From assembly GCA_905234925.1 (NCBI GenBank), contig CAJOJJ010000001.1, positions 1-56,034 of the forward strand: a stretch of DNA of 56,034 nucleotides, given 5' to 3'. Position 1 is the stretch's first letter; each line of letters starts with the position of its first letter. The notes under the pieces were generated by a model. The model had not been told where the DNA came from. It was given only the letters and a program-made list of their open reading frames with translations, and ran no database searches. This stretch comes from an uncultured Endomicrobiia bacterium (lineage in GTDB: Bacteria; Elusimicrobiota; Endomicrobiia; Endomicrobiales; Endomicrobiaceae). The translations under genes were made by a program, and so were the position numbers. Below, piece after piece: positions 44,048 through 52,498 of the stretch.

Positions 44048-45004
44048 TTATTTGGCAATTTTATTATTAACATACATAAACAAATTGTCCATTACATTGG
44101 CCGGATTTGCATTAAGTTCAAGATACTTTTTGCTTTTCGACAAAGCTTCAATAATATCCGCATACTTTCCCGGATTTTTTCTGAAAGACACCATCGCATT
44201 TTCGGTAATTATCGTTATTGCCTCAAGTGCCGTCTCTCTGTCTTTTGCAGCCTGTTTACTCTTGGCAAGAATATCCGAAGCCGCTATTTTTTTACCGCTT
44301 AACTCCGTCCAAAAAGTAGAAAATTCATTCTGAGTGTTAACAATTAAATTTTCCGCTTTTTCGATGGAACCATCGGACATTAAAGCAATTTTTAAGGCAT
44401 TTTCCTGCGAAAGAGAATTATTTTCCTGCAGATATTTTGATATATCTTCAACGGACAATGGCTGAAAAAAAACCGTCTGTACTCTGGACAAAATAGTTAC
44501 CGGAATAGTTTCTTTATGTTTGGCAATAAGTATTATTATCGTATTTTCCGGAGGCTCTTCCAAAGTTTTTAAAAGGCAGTTAAATGCCTCTATCGTCATT
44601 TTTTCAGCAGGTTCTATAATAAAAACTTTCCATTTACCCTCTGTGGCTTTAAGATAAACTTTGTCCTGCATATACCTTATAACTTTTATACCGAGCTTAG
44701 CTTTGCCTTTTTCCGTTTCTTTATCGGCAAGTTCATCCTGTTTTTCAAAATTTATTATGTGTAAATCCGAATAACTTCCCTTATCGATATGTTCGCACGC
44801 AAGACAGTGCCCGCAGGAACCGCTGTCCGTTTGAGAATAATCGTTTATCTGACAGTTAAGAATTTTTGCAAATTCAATAGCCGTCAACATCTTCCCCGTT
44901 CCCTCTTCACCCATAAAAATATAAGCGTGCGGAATTTTATTATTTTTTATCTGTTCGGAAAGAATTTTCTTTGCCTTTCCCTGTGCAATTATTTTTTCAA
45001 ACAT
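44048..45004 (-). CDS. holB: DNA polymerase III delta-prime subunit
   Basis: HAYIFMGEEGTGK is a degenerate P-loop, CGHCLACEHI is the zinc module, and the sensor motif is PVTILSRVQTVFF. It lies after tmk. Confidence 0.85.
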   Translation of the reverse strand: MFEKIIAQGKAKKILSEQIKNNKIPHAYIFMGEEGTGKMLTAIEFAKILNCQINDYSQTDSGSCGHCLACEHIDKGSYSDLHIINFEKQDELADKETEKGKAKLGIKVIRYMQDKVYLKATEGKWKVFIIEPAEKMTIEAFNCLLKTLEEPPENTIIILIAKHKETIPVTILSRVQTVFFQPLSVEDISKYLQENNSLSQENALKIALMSDGSIEKAENLIVNTQNEFSTFWTELSGKKIAASDILAKSKQAAKDRETALEAITIITENAMVSFRKNPGKYADIIEALSKSKKYLELNANPANVMDNLFMYVNNKIAK

Positions 45005-45032
45005 TTATATTATATCCTATTATCCCTGTTTT

Positions 45033-45689
45033 TTATAAAAGGTTTTTCTTTTGTAAAAATTTATTTATAGCTTCAATTATATTTTTTTGCGTTTCTTCTA
45101 TACCGTTTTTCGTTTCTATTTTTTTAATTCTTGCAGGATATTTTTTCGCAAGCTCAAAAAAACCTTTTCTTACTTTATTGTGAAACTTTAAGCTTTCTTT
45201 TTCTATTCTGTCTCCGCCGGTCAATTTTCCTTTATTTACGGATTTAGCTCTTTTTATTCCCTCTTTCGGTTCAACATCAAGATAAAAAGTTATGTCCGGG
45301 CTTATTGCACATGATGCAATATCGTTAAGTTTTTTTATTATATTTTTGTCCAAATTTCTGGCATACCCTTGATAAGCAAGAGTAGAATCGGTAAATCTGT
45401 CGCATATAACAACATAACCTTTTTTTAAGTTAGGTTTAATAATTTCTTCCAAATGCTGCGCACGCGATGCCTCATATAACATCAATTCACATAAAGGAAC
45501 AACTTTAAAAGAAGGATTAAGTAAAATATTTCTTACCTTTTCGGCAACAACACTTCCGCCTGGTTCTCTGGTTAAAACAACCTTAAAACCTTTTTCCTCC
45601 AAATATTTTTTCAAAAGTTTGGATTGGGTTGTTTTGCCGCACCCCTCCCCGCCCTCAATGGTAATAAAAAAAGACTTATGCTTTTTCAT
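45033..45689 (-). CDS. tmk: thymidylate kinase
   Basis: FITIEGGEGCGKTTQ is the P-loop. TREPGG and DRFTDSTLAYQG are also present. Confidence 0.93.
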   Translation of the reverse strand: MKKHKSFFITIEGGEGCGKTTQSKLLKKYLEEKGFKVVLTREPGGSVVAEKVRNILLNPSFKVVPLCELMLYEASRAQHLEEIIKPNLKKGYVVICDRFTDSTLAYQGYARNLDKNIIKKLNDIASCAISPDITFYLDVEPKEGIKRAKSVNKGKLTGGDRIEKESLKFHNKVRKGFFELAKKYPARIKKIETKNGIEETQKNIIEAINKFLQKKNLL

Positions 45690-45725
45690 AAATATATTAT
45701 TTTATAAAATAATTTTAACCGTGTC

Positions 45726-45775
45726 AAAAAAATTGTAAAGCAATTTGGAAGATTGGAGGATTTGAGGATTGGAAA
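45726..45775. repeat. modules F and C in the tmk / nspC divergent spacer
   Basis: AAAAATTG-TAAA-GCAATTT is followed by GGAAGATT GGAGGATT TGAGGATT GGAAACGG (period 8). Confidence 0.85.
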
Positions 45776-45799
45776 CGGCGGAACAATATAAAATTTTTC

Positions 45800-45828
45800 T
45801 TGACACAAAAAGTGATATTTTATAAACT
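45800..45828 (+). promoter_or_regulatory. candidate sigma70-type promoter of the polyamine operon
   Basis: TTGACA (45800-45805) is followed by a TATAAACT region (45821-45828), giving a 15-17-nt spacer depending on the hexamer chosen. The TTG taken as a start by the ORF track is the first half of this -35 box. Confidence 0.4.
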
Positions 45829-45841
45829 TATTCAGTTGAAA

Positions 45842-46945
45842 ATGAAAATACAAACACCTTACTACTTAATAGAAGAAAAATCTCTTCTGAACAATATGAA
45901 AAAAATTGCATACGTGCAGAAAGCATCGGGTGCAAAGTTTGTGTTGGCATTGAAATGTTTTTCAACATGGTGCGTGTTTGATTTGATGTCAAAATATATG
46001 GACGGAACAACAAGCAGTTCCTTATACGAAGCAAAACTCGGTTACGAAAAATTCGGCAAAGAAGTTCATGCTTACAGCGTTGCTTACCCAAAGGAAGAGA
46101 TAACCGAACTTAAAAAATTCGCAGACAAAATAATTTTCAATTCCGTTTCTCAATTAAATAAATTTTATCCTTTGGTAAAAAATAAAAATTTAGGTTTAAG
46201 AATTAATCCGAAAATAAGTTACAGCCATTTCGATTTAGCTGACCCTGCAAGAAAATATTCAAGGCTAGGCGTCATAAACAAAAAAGAAATTTTAAAAAAT
46301 CTTGATAAGATTAACGGTGCTATGTTTCATTTCAACTGCGAAAACGAAGATGTCGATAACCTGGAAAAGTCGCTTGAATATATCGGCAAAAATTATAAAG
46401 AACTTTTAACAAAAATAGATTGGGTAAGTTTCGGCGGCGGTATATACTTTACGAAAAGCGGGTATAATTTAAAAAAATTTGCTAAAATATTAAAAGAATT
46501 TTCTCAAAGATACAGTGTACAGATTTATATGGAGCCGGGAGAAAGTTCCATAACTCAAAGCGCAAAACTTGTAACCACCGTTTTAGACATTGTAAAAAAC
46601 GAAAAACTTACTGCGATAGTGGATTCTTCGATAGAAGCACATATGCTTGATCTACTTACATATCATACTCCCGCAAAAATGACAAAACAAAAAAATGCGA
46701 AATACGAATATATTGTTGCAGGCAGAACTTGTTTGGCGGGAGATATTTTCGGCACTTATAAATTCAATAAAATTTTGAAACCCGGAGATACCGTAACTTT
46801 TGACGATGCCGCAGGATACAGCATGGTAAAAATGAACTGGTTCAACGGAGTACCTATGCCTGCAATAGTTGTAAAAAGATTAAACGGAAAAACGGAAGTT
46901 GTAAAAAAATTTACATATAAAGATTTTATCAACAATTTATCTTGA
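45842..46945 (+). CDS. nspC: carboxynorspermidine/carboxyspermidine decarboxylase
   Basis: The N-terminus is MKIQTPYYLIEEKSLLNN. It shows the PLP-dependent group IV decarboxylase layout (ALKCF, FGGGIYF, CLAGD) and lies next to the dehydrogenase partner. Confidence 0.85.
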   Translation: MKIQTPYYLIEEKSLLNNMKKIAYVQKASGAKFVLALKCFSTWCVFDLMSKYMDGTTSSSLYEAKLGYEKFGKEVHAYSVAYPKEEITELKKFADKIIFNSVSQLNKFYPLVKNKNLGLRINPKISYSHFDLADPARKYSRLGVINKKEILKNLDKINGAMFHFNCENEDVDNLEKSLEYIGKNYKELLTKIDWVSFGGGIYFTKSGYNLKKFAKILKEFSQRYSVQIYMEPGESSITQSAKLVTTVLDIVKNEKLTAIVDSSIEAHMLDLLTYHTPAKMTKQKNAKYEYIVAGRTCLAGDIFGTYKFNKILKPGDTVTFDDAAGYSMVKMNWFNGVPMPAIVVKRLNGKTEVVKKFTYKDFINNLS

Positions 46946-46961
46946 GGAGGATCTGCTTGAA

Positions 46962-48197
46962 ATGAAAAGAAACGTATTGGTTATCGGTGCAGGAGCCGTA
47001 GCACATGTAGTCTGCCACAAGTTGGCACAGAATAATGACCGCTTCGGCAAGATTTATTTGGGTTCCAGAACATTAAAGAGCTGCGACACAATTTTGGAAA
47101 GTATTAAAAGAAAGAAAAATTATAAAAATCCCGATAATGAAATAACGTCCAAGCAGATAGATGTTTTCAATATTGAAGCTTTGGTAAATTTAATAAAAGA
47201 ATTGAACGTTTCTATTGTAATAAATGTTGCAAGTGCATTTTGCAATATGTCAATTTTGGAAGCCTGCATTCAAACAGGCTCGGCATATATCGATACAGCC
47301 ATCCACGAAGACCCTAACAAAGTATGCGAAAATCCCCCCTGGTACGCAAATTACGAATGGAAAAGAAAAGACAGATGTGCCGAAAATAAAATCACGGCTA
47401 TTCTCGGATGCGGTTTCGACCCGGGTGTGGTAAATGCTTATTGTGCATTAGCCGTAAAACATCACTTTGATAAAATCGCAACGATAGATATTATGGACGT
47501 AAATGCAGGAAGCCACGGGAAATATTTTGCGACAAATTTTGACCCGGAAATAAACTTCAGAGAATTTCATAAAGTATGGACTTGGATAGATAACCAATGG
47601 GTAGAAAAACCCGTACACGCGGATAAACTGGTTTATGATTTTCCTGTAGTAGGCGAACAGCCCGTTTATCTAACGGGACACGACGAGCTTCATTCTCTGT
47701 CAAAAAACATAAAAGCAAAATCCATCAGATTTTGGATGGGGTTCAGCGACCACTATATTAATGTTTTTACCGTATTAAAAAATATCGGTTTATTGTCTGA
47801 AAAGCCCGTTAAAACGGCAGAAGGATTGGAGGTAGTTCCTCTAAAAGTTGTTAAAGCATGTCTGCCGAACCCGAAAACTTTGGCACCGAACTATACAGGC
47901 AAAACCTGTATCGGATGTTTGGTAAAAGGTAAAAAAGACGGAAAAAATAAAGAAATATTCATTTATAACATTTGCGACCATAAAGACTGCTATAATGAAG
48001 TGGAAGCACAGGCTATCAGCTACACGGCAGGGGTGCCTCCCGTTGTTGCTGCAATGCTTATTGCCGACGGAACTTGGGACACAAAAACTATGGTAAACGT
48101 TGAAGAATTAAACCCCGATCCGTTTATAGAATTGCTCGGCAAGAACGGACTTTCAACAGCCGTACTTGAAAATACACCTTCAAAAAAGTTTATTTAA
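46962..48197 (+). CDS. carboxynorspermidine synthase/dehydrogenase (saccharopine dehydrogenase family)
   Basis: The Rossmann N-terminus is VLVIGAGAVAHVVCHKLAQ. GFDPGVVNAY and the ~410-aa length are typical of the family. The RBS is GAGGAGG. Confidence 0.85.
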   Translation: MKRNVLVIGAGAVAHVVCHKLAQNNDRFGKIYLGSRTLKSCDTILESIKRKKNYKNPDNEITSKQIDVFNIEALVNLIKELNVSIVINVASAFCNMSILEACIQTGSAYIDTAIHEDPNKVCENPPWYANYEWKRKDRCAENKITAILGCGFDPGVVNAYCALAVKHHFDKIATIDIMDVNAGSHGKYFATNFDPEINFREFHKVWTWIDNQWVEKPVHADKLVYDFPVVGEQPVYLTGHDELHSLSKNIKAKSIRFWMGFSDHYINVFTVLKNIGLLSEKPVKTAEGLEVVPLKVVKACLPNPKTLAPNYTGKTCIGCLVKGKKDGKNKEIFIYNICDHKDCYNEVEAQAISYTAGVPPVVAAMLIADGTWDTKTMVNVEELNPDPFIELLGKNGLSTAVLENTPSKKFI

Positions 48198-48225
48198 TTT
48201 TAAAAATTTGCTAAAATTGAGGAAT

Positions 48226-49683
48226 ATGGATAAACAATTAAAGACACCAATTTTTGACACACTTTTGGCACATGCAAAAAGAAATGTTACATCATTTCAT
48301 ACTCCGGGTCATAAAAACGGAAAAGGCATTGACCCTGTTTTAAAAAAAGCTACAGGAGATGAAATTTATAAATTTGATGTGACGGTTTTCGACGAGGTAG
48401 ATTCTCTGCACGATCCCGTAGGACCTATAAAAAAAGCACAGGAATTAATGGCTGAGGTTTACGGCGTAAAACATTCTTTGTTTTTGGTAAACGGCACTTC
48501 CGTCGGAAATATTGCAATGTTTTTATCGGCGTGCGATCCGGGAGATTCAATAATAGTTTCCAGAAGTTCTCATAAGTCCATAATGGGCGGAATAATTCTT
48601 TCAGGTGTTTGGCCTATATGGCTGCAGCCTACAATAGACCAGAATTTGGACATAATATTTAACTCCACTTACGACGAGATAAAACAGGCTTTGGAAATGT
48701 ATCCGGAAGCAAGAGCCGTATTTTTAACAAGCCCCACTTATAACGGCGTAGCAACCGAAGTTAAAAAAATTGCGGATTTGTGCCACAGAAAAGGAAAAAT
48801 TCTTTTGGTTGATGAGGCACATGGACCTCATTTGAAATTTAATAACAAGTTGCCGATGTCCGCAGTGGATGCAGGAGCGGATTTATGTGTACAGTCTACG
48901 CATAAAATTCTTGCGGCTCTTTCGCAAGGTTCTGTACTTCACTACAATTCAAAGCTTATCGATTTAAACAGAGTTAAAAAAATAGTTTCAATGCTTCAGA
49001 CGACAAGTCCGCAGTATTTGACGCTTGCAAGCATCGATATGGCAAGAAAACAGGCTTTTCTGCACGGTAAAGAAATGTTTGATAAAGTAATAGAAGCTGC
49101 GGAATGGGCAAGAAAAGAAATTAATGAAAAAATCCCGAATATGAGATGTTTGACTAAAAACGATATTAAAGACAGAAATTTCGATTTGGACCTGACCAAG
49201 CTTACCATCAACGTTACAAAGACAGGGTTGTCCGGTTACGAAGTGGACGAAATCCTCGCAAAAAAGTATAATATTCAGGTAGATTGTTCCGATACTTTTA
49301 ACCTGATTGCCATCATGGGAATAGGTTCGGACATGGACGACGTAAAGAGACTTGTTGCCGCCTTAAAGGAAATAAGTAAAAATTATAAAGGTACACAAAA
49401 AAACTGGATACTGAAAATTCCTTCGCTTGCAACGGAAATGGTTATGACGCCGAGAGAAGTTTTTCTGTCACACGATATAAAGAAAATTCCTCTTGCAAAG
49501 TCTGTCGGTCATGTATCGGCACAAGTATTGACGCCGTATCCTCCGGGAATTCCGGTTGTTATTCCGGGTGAAAGAATTTCGAAAGAAATCTGCGACTATT
49601 TGGTAGAAATGGCATCTAAAGGAATAAGAATCAGCGGGCAGGAAGGCGACATACTTAAGATGGTAAAAGTATTTGCAAATTGA
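48226..49683 (+). CDS. Orn/Lys/Arg decarboxylase family PLP enzyme (biosynthetic arginine/ornithine decarboxylase type)
   Basis: FHTPGHKNG, VNGTSVGN and QSTHKIL (PLP-Lys) are the motifs. The start is moved to the ATG at 48226 (RBS GAGGA). Substrate is not assignable from sequence. Confidence 0.82.
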   Translation: MDKQLKTPIFDTLLAHAKRNVTSFHTPGHKNGKGIDPVLKKATGDEIYKFDVTVFDEVDSLHDPVGPIKKAQELMAEVYGVKHSLFLVNGTSVGNIAMFLSACDPGDSIIVSRSSHKSIMGGIILSGVWPIWLQPTIDQNLDIIFNSTYDEIKQALEMYPEARAVFLTSPTYNGVATEVKKIADLCHRKGKILLVDEAHGPHLKFNNKLPMSAVDAGADLCVQSTHKILAALSQGSVLHYNSKLIDLNRVKKIVSMLQTTSPQYLTLASIDMARKQAFLHGKEMFDKVIEAAEWARKEINEKIPNMRCLTKNDIKDRNFDLDLTKLTINVTKTGLSGYEVDEILAKKYNIQVDCSDTFNLIAIMGIGSDMDDVKRLVAALKEISKNYKGTQKNWILKIPSLATEMVMTPREVFLSHDIKKIPLAKSVGHVSAQVLTPYPPGIPVVIPGERISKEICDYLVEMASKGIRISGQEGDILKMVKVFAN

Positions 49684-49698
49684 AAAAACAGGTAATGC

Positions 49699-49834
49699 GG
49701 TTATAAGATATAAGGTTATAAGTTTAACGACAAAAAATATGAACGAATAAACTTATAAACCATTAAACAACTGATAACCCAATAACCTTATAAACTTATA
49801 AACTATAAGCTAAAAATTTGCTTTGCAAATTTTT
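49699..49834. repeat. module D imperfect palindrome followed by module F
   Basis: GGTTATAAGATATAAGGTTATAAGTTT ... AACCTTATAAACTTATAAACTATAAGC is at 49699-49810. AAAAATTTGC-TTT-GCAAATTTTT is at 49812-49834. Confidence 0.85.
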
Positions 49835-49850
49835 AATCGGAGAGAGTAAA

Positions 49851-50198
49851 ATGAACAAAAAGTTATTGGCAGGATTAAAAAAGACTTTGACTCAAAAAAA
49901 AGCTTCCATAACCAACAAGATTAACTCCAACAAATTAAACGAACATGAGCTTGAAAAAGGCGGAGATGAAATAGATAACGCCACACAAAGTACCGAGAGG
50001 GAACTTCAGTTTGAATTAAGCGGTATTGATACCAGAATGATACAAGATATCGACAATGCTTTGGCGAAAATAGAAAAAGGCAATTTCGGTTTATGTGAAT
50101 CCTGCGGCAAGGAAATTCCTCAGGCAAGATTAGAAGCAATTCCTTGGGGCAGATACTGCGTTCAGTGTCAGGAAGAAGCTGAAAGAAACTCAAAATAA
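49851..50198 (+). CDS. DksA/TraR-family C4-type zinc-finger protein
   Basis: CESCGKEIPQARLEAIPWGRYCVQCQ is the C4 finger, preceded by a coiled-coil region. The ATG at 49851 follows CGGAGAGAG. Confidence 0.8.
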   Translation: MNKKLLAGLKKTLTQKKASITNKINSNKLNEHELEKGGDEIDNATQSTERELQFELSGIDTRMIQDIDNALAKIEKGNFGLCESCGKEIPQARLEAIPWGRYCVQCQEEAERNSK

Positions 50199-50477
50199 TG
50201 TACGGAGAGCATTATTTTAATGTACATGTACAATGTATAATGTACAATAAACGACAAAAAAGCAGAAGATTAGAGGCGTGGAAGAGTAGAAGATTGGAAA
50301 CGACAGAAGGTCAGAGGGACAGAAGATCAGACGGCAAGAGAAAACAGGAATTTTAATAATAACAAAAATTGCAAAACAATTTTTACAGCTTTACATCCGA
50401 CCATTCGACTTTCAAAAGTGCAAAGCACTTTTTACTGTAAGCTAATAAAACGCCGAAAACATCTCAGCTCCTCAGCT
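50199..50477. repeat. largest intergenic mosaic: A, long C-type octamer array, two F hairpins, E remnant
   Basis: The modules are: AATGTACATGTACAATGTATAATGTACAATAAACGACAA (to 50257); about ten period-8 units (CAGAAGAT TAGAGGCG TGGAAGAG TAGAAGAT TGGAAACG ACAGAAGG TCAGAGGG ACAGAAGA TCAGACGG ...) to ~50345; AAAAATTGC-AAAA-CAATTTTT (50365-50385); AAAAGTGC-AAA-GCACTTTT (50414-50434); CTCAGCTCCTCAGCTGG (50463-50477). Confidence 0.9.
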
Positions 50478-50500
50478 GGAATAGTATAAAGGATAAAAAA

Positions 50501-50842
50501 ATGAGGTTTGTTTTACGTTCTAAAATTTTCCGTGCAACCGTAACGGAAGCCAATTTGGAATATCAGGGAAGCATTACGATTGATTCCGACTTGATTGATA
50601 AAGCAGGTTTGTGGATAGGCGAAAAAGTACTTGTCGTCAGCAATACTTCCGGAGCAAGGCTTGAAACTTACGTTATTCCGGGAAAAGCCGGTTCCGGAGT
50701 TATATGTATGAACGGAGCTGCCGCACACCTGATAAAGAAAGGCGAAATAGTAATAATTATGGGCTTTGAATTGTCGGACAAACCTATAAATGCAAAGTTC
50801 GTTTTCGTTGACGAAAACAATAAATGTATTAAACAAGTGTAA
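50501..50842 (+). CDS. panD: aspartate 1-decarboxylase proenzyme
   Basis: 113 aa. [22 protein letters not shown] carries the Gly-Ser self-processing site. Confidence 0.92.
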   Translation: MRFVLRSKIFRATVTEANLEYQGSITIDSDLIDKAGLWIGEKVLVVSNTSGARLETYVIPGKAGSGVICMNGAAAHLIKKGEIVIIMGFELSDKPINAKFVFVDENNKCIKQV

Positions 50843-50864
50843 AATAAACAAAAGAGGTTCTTAT

Positions 50865-51806
50865 ATGTTGGATATGTTGCAGGCATATTTTTTAGAACTG
50901 AAAGAAATTAAGCCGGCATCCGAAGAAGAAATCGGAAAGCTTTGGGCCAAAATTCAAAAGCATGATAAAAAAGCCGTTAAAAGAATGGTAGAAATAAATT
51001 ATTGCCTTGTTATTCCCATTGCGAAAAAATTTATAAGACGAGGCGTTGATTTGATGGATTTGATTTCCGACGGAAATATCGGCTTAATGAAAGCCGTTGA
51101 AAAGTTCGATCCCGAAAAGAACATCAAATTCTCGACGTATGCTACATATTGGATAGAACAATACATCAGAAAATCCATTGAAGATAATTCTAAAACCGTC
51201 AGAATTCCGTCTTATATGTATGAAATTATAAGCAAATGGAAAAAAGTAAGAAACTCTTTAATGTCGAAATTAAACAAAGAGCCGACGGTCGAGCAGGTAG
51301 CTAAAGAGCTTAATATTCCGGTAGATAAAGCAGAAGAAATAAACTCTACTTTGTATTCTTTTGACAGCATTTCTTCTCTTGACACTGCAATGTTTGAAGA
51401 TTCCGATTCTTTAAAAAAAGATAATATTAAAGACAATTTGTCGAAAACCCCCGAATCCGTAACGGAAATTATAAGAACTTCAAAAAACGTACAACAGGCA
51501 ATCGATATGCTGCCTGAGAGAGAAGCCGAAATTATTAAAATGAGATTCGGAATAAATAATACACAGAATTTATCTTTGGAAGATATAGGAAGCTTGTATA
51601 AAGTTTCTAAGGAAAGAGTCCGCCAGTTGGAATTTAAGGCGTTGCAAAGATTAAAGTATATATTTTTAAAGTTAAAATATGTAGATGCTAAAACAGTGGA
51701 TACTTTATTATTGGATCAACGCGGTACAAGACCTGACAGAAGACAGCATGTACATTCCAATTTAAAAAACAGAAGAATGTCCGACAGGAGAAAAGCTTGG
51801 AACTGA
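50865..51806 (+). CDS. sigma-70 family RNA polymerase sigma factor (group 2/3-like) with a basic C-terminal extension
   Basis: Region 2 is DLISDGNIGLMKAVEKFDPEKNIKFSTYATYWIEQYIRKSI. Region 4.2 is SLEDIGSLYKVSKERVRQLEFKALQRLK. The start is moved to the ATG at 50865 (RBS AGAGG). Confidence 0.85.
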   Translation: MLDMLQAYFLELKEIKPASEEEIGKLWAKIQKHDKKAVKRMVEINYCLVIPIAKKFIRRGVDLMDLISDGNIGLMKAVEKFDPEKNIKFSTYATYWIEQYIRKSIEDNSKTVRIPSYMYEIISKWKKVRNSLMSKLNKEPTVEQVAKELNIPVDKAEEINSTLYSFDSISSLDTAMFEDSDSLKKDNIKDNLSKTPESVTEIIRTSKNVQQAIDMLPEREAEIIKMRFGINNTQNLSLEDIGSLYKVSKERVRQLEFKALQRLKYIFLKLKYVDAKTVDTLLLDQRGTRPDRRQHVHSNLKNRRMSDRRKAWN

Positions 51807-52321
51807 AAGATTTGATATCAAAAGCAGTCAGAGATATTCCTGATTTTCCTCAAAAAGGCGTAATATTTAAGGATATTACTCCGCTGCTTTCGGATATAAA
51901 TTTATACAATAAAATTATAGACGATTTCGTCGATAAATTTAAAAACAAAAATATAACAAAAGTTGCAGGCCTTGAAGCAAGAGGTTTTTTGTTCGGTATT
52001 TCCGTTGCACAAAAACTCAACGTTCCTTTTGTTCCTATAAGAAAAAAAGGAAAACTTCCGTACAAAACAGTTTCAGTTGAATACGAGTTGGAATACGGAA
52101 AAGCCGCCGTAGAGATGCATGAAGATGCCGTCAATGAAAAAGATAATGTTTTGATTGCAGATGATCTTCTTGCTACGGGCGGAACGGTAAGTGCCGCAAT
52201 AGAACTGATAAAAAAATTGAAAGGTTCCGTTGCCGGCTGCGCATTTGTTATTGAGCTTTTGTTCTTAAACGGTAAAGAAAAACTAAAAGACATCGACTAT
52301 TACTCGATAGTTAAATATTAA
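51797..52321 (+). CDS. apt: adenine phosphoribosyltransferase
   Basis: IPDFPQKGVIFKDITPLL and the PRPP-binding VLIADDLLATGGT identify it. The TTG start overlaps the sigma-factor stop by 10 nt. Confidence 0.9.
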   Translation: MELKDLISKAVRDIPDFPQKGVIFKDITPLLSDINLYNKIIDDFVDKFKNKNITKVAGLEARGFLFGISVAQKLNVPFVPIRKKGKLPYKTVSVEYELEYGKAAVEMHEDAVNEKDNVLIADDLLATGGTVSAAIELIKKLKGSVAGCAFVIELLFLNGKEKLKDIDYYSIVKY

Positions 52322-52327
52322 TCTGCA

Positions 52328-52368
52328 GTTTATTGTACATTATACATTGTACATTATAAATTGTCGTT
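52328..52368. repeat. module A in reverse orientation abutting the tRNA gene
   Basis: GTTTATTGTACATTATACATTGTACATTATAAATTGTCGTT is the reverse complement of the AATGTACAATGTATAATGTACAATAAAC consensus. Confidence 0.85.
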
Positions 52369-52372
52369 TGGT

Positions 52373-52446
52373 GCCCCGATAGCTCAACCGGATAGAGCAG
52401 ATCCGTCCTAAGGATAAGGTTGGAGGTTCAACTCCTCTTCGGGGCG
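52373..52446 (+). tRNA. tRNA-Arg (anticodon CCU)
   Basis: Hand-folded cloverleaf of 74 nt. Acceptor GCCCCGA/TCGGGGC; D arm GCTC-AACCGGATA-GAGC; anticodon stem GATCC/GGATA with loop GT-CCT-AA; 5-nt variable loop; T arm GGAGG-TTCAACT-CCTCT; discriminator G. No encoded CCA. Confidence 0.85.
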
Positions 52447-52498
52447 AGTAGGTAAGAAATTTATCCGTAAATATAAAATTATAAAAGAAGGATAAAAA

